From: Balanoglossus misakiensis
Taxonomy: Eukaryota; Animalia; Hemichordata
Direction of reading: 5' to 3'
NCBI GenBank assembly: GCA_040954595.2
Contig: CM082578.2
Coordinates: forward strand, 16,104,998-16,168,997
DNA: 64,000 bases
Positions 13,229 through 25,930 of this stretch are shown here, piece by piece. The notes below the pieces were generated by a model. The model was given only the letters and a program-made list of their open reading frames with translations, was not told where the DNA came from and did not search any database. The stretch's first letter is position 1. Each line of letters opens with the position of its first letter. Position numbers and translations under genes: made by a program.

Positions 13229-16200
13229 ATGAAAGTCTCTGTGAGAGTCTTAAATGAGTGGATCGTTGTTCCTTCTAAAAATGGCCACGACACCATAGCT
13301 TGGCTGGGAGACGAAGCAGTACGTCGTTACGTCAAAAGCAAACCGTCGGCGAGTCGCAGCATCGGAGACGGAGAAGATGTCAACAACGTCGTTGGGAAAG
13401 TGTTGGAATTGAGGACAGCTCAGGCAGGAAGTTTACTTGATTTCGATGATTATATTCAGGATGTCCTCGACGACAACGACTTTGTTATAACAGGTATTGT
13501 TGGGATTAGTATATTATTGTTTTAAAATACCCAAAGCGAGGGTGGGTGATTAATTTTTGGTGTTTTGACATGTGTATATTTCTAGCTACATGTAGGTAGG
13601 TGTCCGGCACCCTGAGTCCTAAAATTATAACTTACTGTCAACTGACATGGCCTACTTTCTCGGCTGTTATCGCGTTCACGATTCTTGTATGAGTAGTAAA
13701 TCGTGTAAAGATAATCGGCCATTCTGAGAAGACTCAATACCGCCTAGAAATATTCCAGTAGCTGGGCTCTGAACAGGAGACCAGACGCGGAGTAGCTCTG
13801 TTGCGTACTCTGGCCATGGAGGCATATTTTACTGCATCATCATGTACCAGTTTTATCCAGTTTCTCAATGTTAAGTCATGTTGGTAATTACTATGTAGAG
13901 TGTGTTCTCCAATTTTAAATGATGTATTTAAATTATTGCATATCCACACCAATTTTTAATTTACACAATCATACTGAAGATGCCTTAGACTTTTTCCTTC
14001 TTAGAATTTTAATCACAATTGAATTTAATATACTTTTGGGGACAGAAGACTTTTGTAAATTGAAAGAAAACTACAATTCTTGAAAAAAAAAGTTTTATAC
14101 ATTGCATCCTCAATGAATTTTTGAAATTAACAATGGTCAAGCTAGAGTTCCTACATTAAATTTAATTAAACTTCTAGGTAAATAATAGTGTAAAACCTCT
14201 CATGTGAAAATTAGCATATTTGGCGGGAAGTAATCAAATACCCATGTGCAAGTGCAACTGACCTGAACAGCTTAAGTTCATGAACATATGTTCAAATTCA
14301 CATGTGAAGAATGAGAATACCAAAAAGGCATGGATTGTTTTGTGACAGTCACATGACCTGCATCGTCTGCTCGCATGGGTTGTTTAGCTCAAGGAGGATG
14401 GTAGCCATGTTTAGCTCGACTACAGTCTGAGTCTCCCTAATTTTCAGAGAGCAAAAAGACCTTGACACGTGAAGTTGCATGAACTGTGAAGCCATCATGG
14501 TGTGTAGTATTATGAGTAAAAACTGATTCCTTTTCCTCTGTGTGTGGGAAATGTGAGAACAATTATTAAGTGGGTTTCTGGAGCATACATTACCATGACC
14601 TACATTTAAGGGTCAACTTACAGACTGAGCCTTTATATATTGCAGTTATTATCTTGCAAATTATTTATGAGCGTCAGCTGCCTTCAGCATACATAACACT
14701 ACACCAAATAACATTGCAGCAGTAACGTCGTTCATAAAAATGACAATTAAATCAGACACGTACACAAGAACTTGTTATTCAAGGACATAAACAGTAAATT
14801 CTTAATGTTTGTGGTCCGATTTCTTGATTCTCGAGAATTTAAACAGAAGGAGAATTATCTGATAATTCTGTAGCTATAAAGTGTAATGGAGATGGAGTTC
14901 AAATGATGTCTGTTTTTCTCTTTGCAGTGTTGGATACTGATGAACAGCATTCAGATGTACCGCTATCAAGAAAAGGATATTTGTTACAAAAACAAATGTA
15001 TCCTTTGATGAGTTTTGTTGTCACATAAGAGTATGGATAAAGAAATGGTTTATGTGAAAAGAGTAGTTTTTCATGACTTGATTGGAATACACATGTGAAC
15101 CTCACAAGCTACCTATTAACACAGTTGATTACATGTGATATAAGTCTAAGATACATGTATGTAGATTTTTGATGTATCAATTCAGCTACAGTATCTATTT
15201 TCTTTAACTTGTGATGGTTATCAGTGACGGCAAGTTTGAAGAGGCTTCACATGTAAGTGAAATTATTCTTTCTTATTCTGTTTAATGGTTACTTCATAAC
15301 TGTACCAGTATACTACTGGGGTACCAGTATATCAATGCATAAGACTAGTCTTAGATTATCAGATGGTAAAACATATTTTTCCTACTACAGGTACCGTGCA
15401 CTTTTAGCCACGAAAAGCACATTGCCTGTATGACCAAGCGTTGGTCTTTATGATGTAGTTGTTCACCAAATGTCCAACAAGGATGCCACATAACTTCATT
15501 TATGATGCTTATTTTTTATTAGTTAAATTTACGCAATATTTACAGACTAAAGAACAATATTCAGCTAACTGTAGATTTCATTAAGTGTTTATGCTGTGTT
15601 GTATTTACAGTGTATGACCCTAGATGGGAATTCTTTGTCTACTGATGAGTTGGTACAACTTGGTAAAGGAGCTTACAAAATTAAGGTAAAGGCTTTCCTG
15701 AAGCAAGTAAACCTATCGGCTCTGTTGAATATATCTGTCTGTTTGTCCCACCAGATCTGATCCAAATGTTGTTGTTTTTTCTCTAAATAAAATTTGAATT
15801 GTCTACAGGTTGTGTAACATTGCCTCATGGAGTAGACTTCACCAACGTTTTGGAAAAGAATTTTTAAAGCAAAAAATTATATGTCTTTTATGTTACAGCT
15901 GTCGGAGGAGGCTTGGGATAAGGTGCTTAAAGCTAGAACATTATTGGAAGAAATAATAAGTGAAAACAAAGGTGAGAAAATGGGGAACTTGAATCAAGTT
16001 CTGTAGTGATTTGCATTTTATGTAGCTTGTTTTACGGACTGTCTTTGTGGGTTACCTGCAAATAAGTGAATTACTGTTTGACATCATATAGACAGTGCTA
16101 TGCTAAGAATGTTTCAAGTCTCTCATTATCATTTCACTGTTTACTTTCTAGTTGCCTATGGAATAAACACAGGTTTTGGAAAGTTTGCAAGAGTCGTCAT

Positions 16201-19200
16201 TCCGTCAGAAAAATTGAGGTCAGTAGAAAACACAATGTTCTTGAAATTTATAGTTTCAAAATGTTGGTCTTGATAAAAGCATAGGCTTCAACCTTAGTGG
16301 CCATGTTTTTCATGTCTTTGGATTAAATTATATCACCAAACCGCTGAGGAGGATATGAAAAAAATAATGAAAATGTTTACAGTTTACGATACTTATTTCA
16401 TAATCTGTTAAAACCCTTGAATTATTTTCCAGTGAACTCCAAAGGAATTTGATCCGATCACATGCAGCAGGAGTGGGAGACCCTCTGTCGCCAGAGAAAA
16501 CACGAATGCTGATGGCGTTACGCATTAACGTGTTGGCAAAGGGCCATAGTGGAATCAGTAGACCTACATTACAACAGTACATCGATGCCTTGAATGGTGA
16601 GTACACCAATTATCATAGTTTACTTATTCAGTTGTAAATTCTGAAGTTCAACAAACTATCAAACATTTGTCCTCCTAGATCTAGGTTTTGCGAGTATCAG
16701 GGTTTTTTTTAATAATCAACCGCCACTGTCACATAATGACGCTCTTTTATTTTCTTTTTTTTCCATTGCAGCTTCTTGTTTACCCTTTGTGCCAGAGAAG
16801 GGCACAGTGGGGGCGAGTGGTGATCTGGCTCCGTTGGCTCATCTGGCATTGGGGATGATGGGTGAAGGGCAAATGTGGAGCCCAAGGAGTGGATGGGCTA
16901 ATGCAAGCACTGTAAGTGTCAAGTTTATGTCACTCAGGTTCAAGTTATTAGAGACCGATAGTGCCAGTTTTTGTTTAATTCAGAATGATTCAAAATACTA
17001 CAGAAAAGCGTATATGACAGTATATCTATCTGATCCCCCCCCCCCCCCACCCTTTTTTTAAGTGGGCGATGCCATAAGCCCTTGATATCAATACTGACAC
17101 TGCATATCAGTCCATGGGATGTATACTGTGTACCACAGGTCAACCACTGGTTCTCTAAACTTTATATAAGGAATATAATATTTTATTTGGCATTCTTCGC
17201 AGGTCCTTGCAGCCCATGGCTTGCAGCCAGTTAGACTTGGCCCAAAAGAGGTAAACCATAATATTTTTCCTTTTAGCCCCCATTTGGTGTAAGCAAGTGT
17301 AAATACCAATGTGAGCTTCTGGAATGAGTTGGGTCGAGCATCTCTGTGTGTGTTTGTGTGTCTGTCTCTCTGTATCATCTGTGAACAATGATGACATCAA
17401 AACCACTCAGCTATGGTTATTTTGACTCTGTAAATGGACTTATTATTAGCATCAGGAAGTCTATTTTGATCTTTTTTATTAGCATCAGTGAGTCTATTTT
17501 TATCTTTTAATGGTGAATTAAATTGTCATGGTAAATCTGATTAATTTATTCATTTATTTTTGCAGGGACTTGCTTTGATCAATGGAACACAACTTATTAC
17601 ATCAGTTGCAGTTTTAGGTATGTTTAGATACAAAATAAAAATGTGAAATAGCATTGTTGCTTTACATTTTTACCTGAGTTTGAAGTCTCAGTCTTTCTAG
17701 CAATTTCAGAACAATATCAGATCATCATGGAAGATTTTATCTATGAAATTATGGCAAAGTATTTCATTAATTGTTTTATTAATTTTATTTTAGCTTTGGA
17801 GAGAGCAGCGGCAATTGCTAGGCAGGCAGACGTGGTTGCAGCATTAACATTGGAAGTTCTAAAGGGTACAACTAGGGCTTTTGATAGTGGTGAGTCAGAA
17901 GTGTCTGTTTCACATTCACATATGTTTTGTGAGAGAGTCTTGAGAAAAAAGATTGTGATTTAATTAAACAGCTTTTCAAGCCAAGATGCTTTGATGAATT
18001 ATTCTTTTTGATTGAAAACATTTGTTTTTCAGACATCCATGCCGCACGACCTCACAAAGGCCAGAAGGAAGTTGCTGCTAGATTCCGGGCTTTGCTTCAT
18101 TCTGAGTATCACCCATCAGAGATTGCAGAAAGTCATCGCTTTTGTGACCGTGTTCAAGATTCCTATACTCTCAGATGCTCTCCACAGGTAAGCCATCATA
18201 ATAATTTTGTTGCAGTACACCCTTTAGAAGTGTGGTCAGTGTTAAGATATGAAGATGACCAAGATTCAGCATTAGACTATAACCTATACAGTCGGTTTTT
18301 CATTTGCTTTATACAGGGCAACAACAAATCCTAGAGACTGCTGCCATGTATAAGGTGCAAAAACCATTTATTAAAAAAAAAAAAGCTTGTGAATGATGTC
18401 ATGGTGAAAGGGGTTAATACAAGTAGACAAGTGAGCTAGTCAATAAATACAACAAGCCAAGAATCATTGTGTGTGGAGCTATATACTTTTTGACTGGATA
18501 ATCACAAACCATTTTATTGCAGGTCCATGGTGTTGTGCATGATACTATTGATTTTGTCCGAGGGATCTTAACGACCGAAATGAACAGCGCAACAGACAAT
18601 CCCGTATCCTTTACGTAACACCTGTGTTCAATGTAGTACACAAAGGCCACACTGATGCCTTGCATGCAGCACTGTAAACGGGATTTTGTTCAAATGATGA
18701 TGAAATGGGAGCACAGTGTCTTTGACACTATTTTTTGCATCAGGGATTCTTCTGTCTGGAAATGATCCTTGACATACACGACCCAGATGGTTTTTCCTGA
18801 ACGGCATGAAATTATTTCCGGTGGAAATTTCCATGGTGAATATCCAGCTAAGGTAATGTTCAGTAATTCTTGTTGTGCATGCTGTTCTTAAATCAATCAA
18901 TCATCAATGAAGTAATCGTAAATGAACATTGCATTCATCATTAACATTTTCCATTTTATTCTTGTTACGATCCAGGCAGCAGATTTCTTAGCCATTGGCA
19001 TACATGAGTTGGCAAATATCAGTGAAAGAAGAATTGAGAGGCTTTGCAATCCAGGTAGGTATTCACTGTGTACTCAGTATTATGATACTTACTAGCATGT
19101 AAAGTAATGCCAACATTTTCACCGTGTGTCTGTATGCAAATAGAATATGAGAACAAAATTGAAAGGCTGTAAATGGATATACAGTCAAGTGGATTATTAA

Positions 19201-20560
19201 ATTCCACACTTTGACCATATTTCTGTGATGACTTTTTTTCAGCATACAGTGACCTTCCAGCTTTCTTGGTACAAGATGGAGGACTCCATTCTGGGTTCAT
19301 GATTGCACACTGCACCGCAGCATCACTGGGTAAGTCTCAACATCATTCTTCATCGTGGTAATTTGGTTAGCTGCACGCAATCTGGATTTAAAACTATACC
19401 TGTCATGTAAGTGTTGTAATTATAACATTGATAATGGTTAATTGTTATTACCACAGTTTCTGAGAATAAAGTGCTGACACATCCATCGTCTGTGGATTCC
19501 CTGTCAACCAGTGCTGGCACTGAAGACCATGTGTCTATGGGTGGATTTGCAGCCAGGAAAGCCCTCACTGTGGTTGAACATGTAGAGCAAGGTGAATCAC
19601 CATTTTATTGTGATTGTGAGAAGTTTCTACAACAGCCAGCTCAACATCCAGACATCCAGACAACTAGCATGAAGGATTGATCTGTCAAACTTACCAAGAT
19701 TGTTAACAAACTGGAATTTTTTCAAGTGAATAACTATCTGTTTTCATCAGATGGAATTTTTTCATGGATCATACATCTTGGATATTCACAAGTTTATTTA
19801 AATGTAATTGGTTTCTTGCAGTTATTGCAATAGAGCTGCTGGCAGCTTGCCAAGGTATAGAATTCCTAAGACCATTGAAGACTACTAAACCATTGGAAGC
19901 TGTTTATCAGTTGGTACGGAGTTATATTAGGTACGTCATTATTATCATAGAGATTGTAGGCTGTTTCGATGACTTATGGAGAATACTTTGGGGTAACCTG
20001 ATGGGGGAGCAGTGGTTGTCTGACTTGAACCTTGCTGTCTTTTCATTGTCATGTGTTTTTATTGGTATAAACATATTTGGAATTTTCATTTTTATTTGAA
20101 GGCCATGGGATAAGGATCGTTATATGTCTCCTGATATTGACCAGGCAACCAAACTGTTACGTGAAGAAAGGGTATGTCTTGTCTCCTTTTAGGTCCATTG
20201 TAAACGACATGAAGCTGCAGATCAGATTGTCCGTCTTTATCCATCTGTCAACAATTCCATTTGGTGTGCAGATCCCTGGGGTTTTGTTCAAATTGTGACG
20301 GAACCTGCAGCGATGTATTTTTGGGCCAATGCAGTTCATTTGCATGATGTTTGAGTAAAACAACTATAATTGCATTTTTATATTGCCGTGTTTCGTAATT
20401 GCACTATTTGAAGTTTGTTCTTGTTGAATGTTCTCTGCAGATTTGGCATGCTGTCAGACCATACATCAGTAACTATGAAAGTGGAATTTCGAAGGAAACC
20501 AGAATGCCGTCTCCAACAGCAACCACATTAAATGCATCCAAGAGGATGAAGATGGAATAA
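13229..20560 (+). CDS. HAL: Histidine ammonia-lyase (histidase) with animal-type Par3/HAL N-terminal domain, about 19 coding exons
   Basis: Exon 13229-13493 ([33 protein letters not shown]) is the Par3/HAL N-terminal domain. Catalytic-domain motifs: [21 protein letters not shown], the MIO-forming [12 protein letters not shown] at ~16801-16836, [58 protein letters not shown]. Last exon 20441-20560 (TAA); AATAAA at 21649. Confidence 0.97.
14998..15224 (+). other. U12-type (minor spliceosome) GT-AG intron in HAL
   Basis: 5' site GTATCCTTT at 14998, branch-like TTCTTTAAC at ~15200-15208 and CAG at 15222-15224. Splicing it keeps the frame through a 28-nt micro-exon (15225-15252). Confidence 0.8.
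17443..17508 (+). repeat. Two-copy ~33-bp tandem duplication in a HAL intron
   Basis: TTATTAGCATCAGGAAGTCTATTTTGATCTTTT is followed by TTATTAGCATCAGTGAGTCTATTTTTATCTTTT. Confidence 0.7.
18604..18786 (+). other. Second U12-type GT-AG intron in HAL
   Basis: GTATCCTTT directly follows the NSATDNP codons. TCCTTGAC branch site at ~18766-18773 and CAG at 18784-18786 with no polypyrimidine tract. The next exon, [17 protein letters not shown], is in frame. Confidence 0.85.
18698..18741 (+). repeat. Copy of a dispersed ~44-bp repeat family
   Basis: Matches 63706-63749 at 41 of 44 positions. Partial copies lie at 1407-1430, 39075-39104 and 54183-54230. Confidence 0.8.
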
Positions 20561-21713
20561 ACTTCCTTCAGTGATGTCATAGACATTTGTACATTTCAAG
20601 CGACATTGCACTGTACATGGCAACTTGGGGCTAATTTCACACTTTCTGACAAGTTGGCTCGTCTTATGCATATACTTAAACAGATAGCCTGATAGACCAT
20701 GACATGACGGCAGCCATGACTTTTCTTATTTCAACGCCAAAATGCATCAGGTGCCAAGTAAGCTGCACCCACTCTCAAAGCATTTTTATTTCAACGACAT
20801 AATATCAAAAACAACTTTTTTTTGCTTAAAACATTCCATTTTGAGCTTTCAGTACAGTCATAATCAAAGTCAAGTTCAGATATCCCACTTTGTTAAAATG
20901 TGTGGTGTGTAGGGGTTCGCACAGTCTTTGATGAGAAATATGCTCGAAAAACAATTGTACAGGTATACAGCACCACCATATGGGCATTATTGCACTGCCA
21001 AACTTTGGACAACTTTATCATGGACAAGAAATTTATCAGGGCATTTATAATTCGTGGCATTAAAAAATGTTGAGAAAATGTAACAACCAAATAGATTAAC
21101 CAGACTAGTTACATATTATTGATGATATTGCTATGGTTAGTCCTGTCAGTAAATAAACCTTAACTAATAAGAAACTTGATAGCATAACGTTAAACAATGC
21201 ATAACTAAGTTTTCATTTACAAAATGTAGCCTGTATGTTACAACACATGCACATTGCTTTGTGCAGCCAGACATTTTTATTCAGAAATGTTGAAGGGTAT
21301 TTATAAATAGTTCATTGTAGGGAGAAATGGTCCAGCATTGTGACCATGCTTGTAAATGTCATTTTATGTGTGTCAAGGACACAATTTTATACATTTTTCC
21401 TTATTACATATTGTAAGGAGTTTTCATTTTTAAATATCTTTTGGTGGATAATCATAGAAGCATGAATTGAATGTCAACAAAGAATGGGAGTCAATTGTTC
21501 CAGCCGGTGTGGATACTTGTGGTATCATTTTTTTTACATATATAATGTGTGAAATCAATGACATATATGACAATAATAGTGATAAGTGTGAATAACTTTC
21601 ATTAACAATGCTTTCATCCCTTTATGTTGTGAATTTGTGTTTTGTTTGAATAAAACAATGCATAAAGCAGACTGTTCTTTTGAAGTTATTGTGTTATCTT
21701 TCAAGATATTAGG

Positions 21714-22148
21714 TAGCCCGGAGACGCGGGCTTTACACGGGCTTTGGTCTAGGGGAAAAGGAACGCCCGGGGACAGTCTCTATTTACGCACCGAATTCTG
21801 TGCGCAGAACGACACGGGTGGTAAATCTTGTGTGTAAGCTAATTGGTCACTCAATGTAACAATGTGTAAACCAGATGACATCATCGCATTCTAAATAAGG
21901 AAATAGAGGTGGAGTCATGTGTGAAATTCCCGCGGAGGGGGATGTGGGAGTGGTTTACCAAGCTTTGTTAATTATATCATCCAACCACTGGCGCCCGTCA
22001 ACATTTGATAGATCACTCGTTATCCATTCGTTACTAAGCGACCCTGATCGTTGCCAGGGCTACTATCTTTCAGCTCAGCAGGAAGTTAGTCCACTGTCCC
22101 CGGGCGTTGTATTCTAGATTCTAGATCAACGCCCGCGTCTCCGGGCTA
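21714..22148. mobile_element. 435-bp non-autonomous DNA transposon (MITE) with 18-bp TIRs and a 9-bp TSD
   Basis: Perfect TIR TAGCCCGGAGACGCGGGC (21714-21731) pairs with GCCCGCGTCTCCGGGCTA (22131-22148). The direct repeat GATATTAGG flanks both sides (21705-21713 and 22149-22157). No transposase ORF. Confidence 0.92.
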
Positions 22149-22240
22149 GATATTAGGCTGCACAGGCGTTTCGATTATGAGGGCGTACATCAAAACGTGT
22201 TATTATCATTGGCATAAGGGGCTTTATGCAAATCAACAAA

Positions 22241-22513
22241 ATGGCTCCTGAGAAGGGTTCACCTGGTTATCTAGCTCTGGTAAAAGATTTGTACAAAAAT
22301 CCGGGGAAGAGGTAAGATTTGAGTCGAATCTGCAGAAAGGGGTTACAGGAGAGGTAATCGATATGGAGTGACCCCCAGGGACATCCATGTAGGCTAGCTT
22401 TACCGTCCATAGCAGGTTTTCCACAGGAGTCCGTAGCTGGCCGGTGGCATATCAACTTACCATGTACTTGTACCACGTGTGCTACCCCGGTGTACTACTT
22501 CCGGACTGTGATT

Positions 22514-22544
<31 letters not shown>

Positions 22545-22816
22545 GGGAGCTGCATAATCTACCACAAGGGAGTACGCGTGTGCACCAGCTCCCCTGCTCT
22601 ACATATAGTCATGCATCTCAATTTGGCAATTTCTTCTCAGTAATGTCATGCCGCATATTATCAAGTTGATAGCAAACTCAATATTTAAAACAAAAACTAT
22701 TTTCTTCCAGGTCATTCATCAGAAATCTTTTGTTGTTTGGAGTTGGCGTGTGGTTGGCAAGAGAGTTTGCTGATGTCGACATCATGGGTTCTGCACCACC
22801 ACAACCCCAAGTTTAG
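22241..22816 (+). CDS. TOMM6: Mitochondrial import receptor subunit TOM6 (58 aa, 2 coding exons; not in ORF track)
   Basis: Exon 22241-22311 (context CAAAATGG, donor GTAAGA) joined to 22711-22816 (acceptor TTTCTTCCAG, stop TAG) gives MAPEKGSPGYLALVKDLYKNPGKRSFIRNLLLFGVGVWLAREFADVDIMGSAPPQPQV. This matches the recalled vertebrate TOMM6 C-terminal half, RRNLILNLGLFAAGVWLARNLSDIDLMAPQPGV. Confidence 0.88.
22513..22548 (+). repeat. (TG)n microsatellite joined to a poly-G tract in the TOMM6 intron
   Basis: TGTGTGTGTGTGTGTG followed by about 20 G. Confidence 0.85.
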
Positions 22817-23333
22817 ACCACTGCAGTTGATAAAGAGATCTTTGAGGTAAAACTTCCAAAAGTATTGTGATATGGTACCCATGTAGTGGGTGTGTGTTTA
22901 TTTGTAACAACTAGTCATTCTGTTTGTTTCAGTGAGAACAACACCAATAGCCCATCAATCTTTTTCCAACAGACAGGATTTTGAAAAACCAAACGGCCAT
23001 TCTACATACACAAGTAGAAATGCAGGGAAGGATGAATCATCAGAGAAGATGGGATAACTTTATCAACCAGGGATCAAGAAGCCTATTCTGGAAGTCATTG
23101 TGACAGGCTGAGAGTTCAACAATGCAGCATGGATAACAAATTGTAAAGAAGACACACAACGCCAGCAGAAGCAAAATTAGAAATGCATATTTCTTTATTC
23201 ATTCATTTTGGTCCAGGTTTCACTCATATCTTTGTCTATCAAAAGCTAATCCTTAAGAGACAAAGTACATGTATGTGTATTTACGAGAAATGTTTTTAAA
23301 ATAAATTTTCTTTAAAACTTAAATAGCTACTGT

Positions 23334-24595
23334 TCATCTTGTCACTGGTGGTGGTTGCACTGGCTTCCGTCCAAGGAAATGATTGAAATGGTCTAAATAC
23401 TGCATGATGGTATCTGTGGATGTGTAGTTTGCATCATGTTTACCAACAAGGTACAATGATAATGATGGTGTGTGATTTCCCATAAAGCCTTGCATGAACT
23501 CTGAGAGGAGATTCCAACAGTCCATAATCACAACACAGGGAGTGTATTCAACCTGGAGAAAAAGAATAAGCAAGAGAGATAAGAAATTGGATTTGGATAC
23601 TACGTCATTTTAACGGAACGGAACCCAATGTATTAGTCCCCAGAGGGAAAATATCCTCATGCATTCATAAGAGAACTGGGTAATATCCACATCTTAAAAT
23701 AAGAGTTCACATGAACTATGCATGCAAGGTTCCTACCTCAATGAGAACACCTTTGGTACTGGGTCCAACTGACACTGTTCCTATTTTAACAATAAAATCA
23801 CCAAGTTCATAGTGTTGTCCCTTTGATTCGATCTTGTTAGTTTTCCTTGGGATGTAAAAGCCTTTCAGTTTCTGGACCATGTGGTCAAAATTGTTGTCTG
23901 TGACCAGACAATTTGAAGTCCAGGGTGAGCTAGAATTTTCTAGTACAGCATATGTTGTCAGTGGCTGTTCAGTGTTATGCATGGCATGCATTATCTTCTG
24001 TGGCCCTGCAAAGAATGACAATATGAGCTGGTTGACTCGAGTAGCCAAGCTAAGTTGCTAAAAATAAAATTGTAAAAGTTTGGGAATATTCTAACAAATA
24101 GGTGCTAGTTACACTGATACATATATGATTGACTGTTCATACCATCCATTTTTTCTTCTTCACCAATGCATACTGCGACAATCACATGATTGGCACCAAA
24201 GGCATTCATTGGATAACCATCCATCTAATATAAGAGCATGAAGAGACAGAGCAACTGAATTCTTGATCCAAACAGTCAACATTCTGCAACCTACCACTGT
24301 TCACACTTACCACTTATGCCTGTTGATGATTGGTAAGTTTCGCAATCCACACAAAATGTTCCAATCTTGGTAGCACCAAGCAACTCCACTCTCTTGGTAA
24401 TCATCTCAACAATTTGTTGCTCATTTTTGTTATCAGGAACTGGCCACTGACTTACACTGGAAGGAATATGTACAGAATTTTATGTAGTAAAAACAAGATT
24501 GTGACATTAATAGAATGTGCTCCTGTGTTCTGGAAAGGAACATTGTGCTCCCAATTCATCAGAATGAATTATTTCACTTACCACGTCACTCCCAT
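23334..24595 (-). CDS. MED20: Mediator complex subunit 20, 4 coding exons
   Basis: A 14-nt first exon (24582-24595, ATG GGA GTG ACG TG|gtaagt) is followed by MGVTCVSQWPVPDNK..GTFCVDCETY, MHNTEQP..DNNFDHMVQKLKGFY..KIESKG..DFIVKIGTVSVGPSTKGVLIEVEYTPCV..DCWNLLSEFMQGF..DTIMQYLDHFN. Stop at 23334-23336. Confidence 0.93.
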
Positions 24596-24965
24596 CCTCT
24601 GAAGTTCAAGATTAGTGTAAACTTTATTTACAAGCGATCACTGAAGTGCCAAGAGTAATGAAAGGCGCCCTCTGGAGAGAGGCAAGCCACGCGTTCGATT
24701 GTTTGTTGTTTACCTTCACCAACAATGTCGTTCTAGAAAACTTGCTCAAAACTAGAAATACACGAATAGATACACGCAGGAAAAAACATTCAAACACAAG
24801 AAAAGTCCGTTGTGTTGCGATGCTGGTGAATAAAATAATGAAAATGTCACTAGACGGTCCATTAGTTTACTATTTATGTTTGACATTTTGAACGCCAACT
24901 TAGGGAGCTCCATGACCTGTGTGCGCGCATCGTGAGAAGCAAACGTAAAAGACGCGTGGTTTACA
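24596..24965. promoter_or_regulatory. Bidirectional promoter between MED20 and SNRPF
   Basis: Divergent ATGs are 370 bp apart and the interval is CpG-enriched. It holds a CTCF-like GCGCCCTCTGGAGA (24665-24678) and an NRF1-like TGCGCGCA; a YY1-like AATGGCGGC overlaps the SNRPF start. Confidence 0.6.
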
Positions 24966-25930
24966 ATGGCGGCGGTAAGTGACAACAAACTCGTAGAATG
25001 CTGTGCTTTTCAAGACAGTTGTATTTTTGGGTAGCTCGAGGCAGTGGAGTCGCATCAATATACACACTCTTTATTTACATGTACAAAAATTAGACGAATT
25101 CTTATGCTACGTACCTTTATTTTAAAGTTTCACATTCTCAGGCTGAATGAAACAATGCAGTGCCATTTTGCCATAGAGGAGACAGAGATACTGCTGCTGT
25201 AGCCTGTAGATCCATGATGGAACAACATTTTCATTAGAGTATTGTTCATGAAACTGTTCTCTCTCTCTTTCTCTCTGACAGACACTACCACTGAACCCTA
25301 AGCCCTTCCTGAATGGACTGACAGGAAAACCTGTTATGGTAAAACTTAAATGGGGAATGGAGTATAAAGGTTATCTTGTGTCAGTAGATGGATACATGAA
25401 TTTACAGGTCAGTTGTCTTCCTGAGAGAAAGAATCAGATGTGCCAAATGTTTCTCATTGTGTTGCTATTGTGATAAAACATTTTCCACCAGATTTGGCTA
25501 GCTTAGTGGATGTTTGTTTTAAACTGTATTTAGTTTCTTACACGGTTCTTTTCCCTTGTAGTTGGCTAATACAGAAGAATTCATTGATGGTACATTGACA
25601 GGAAATCTAGGAGAAGTTCTTATCAGGTGAGACTTGATTTACATATTTTTAATGTTGTAAGCACTTACCCATCTTCAGTCCAGCATCCAGCATGCACTTA
25701 CACACCAAACAACACGTACTTCCATCAGCAATTTACTTTCATTGAAATTCCTATGCATTCCATGGCATTTCTTATGAATAATTACTGTGTAGTTCAACAA
25801 ACATCTCTTGTGTATCATTTGCACAGAATTCCTCTAAATCTCACCTTTCATCTATCTTTGCAGATGCAACAATGTCATGTATGTTAGGGGGGTTGAAGAG
25901 GAAGAGGAGGATGGTGAAATGAGAGAATAA
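24966..25930 (+). CDS. SNRPF: Small nuclear ribonucleoprotein F (Sm-F), 4 coding exons; not in ORF track
   Basis: Exons 24966-24974, ~25282-25407, ~25562-25626 and ~25864-25930 give [94 protein letters not shown] at ~26153. Confidence 0.97.

Noticed and set aside
22226-22510. snRNA or Pol III ncRNA suggested by the octamer ATGCAAAT and a GC-richer stretch
   Set aside because: Better explained as TOMM6 exon 1 and its intron. I recognise no snRNA, vault, 7SK or RNase P/MRP signature.
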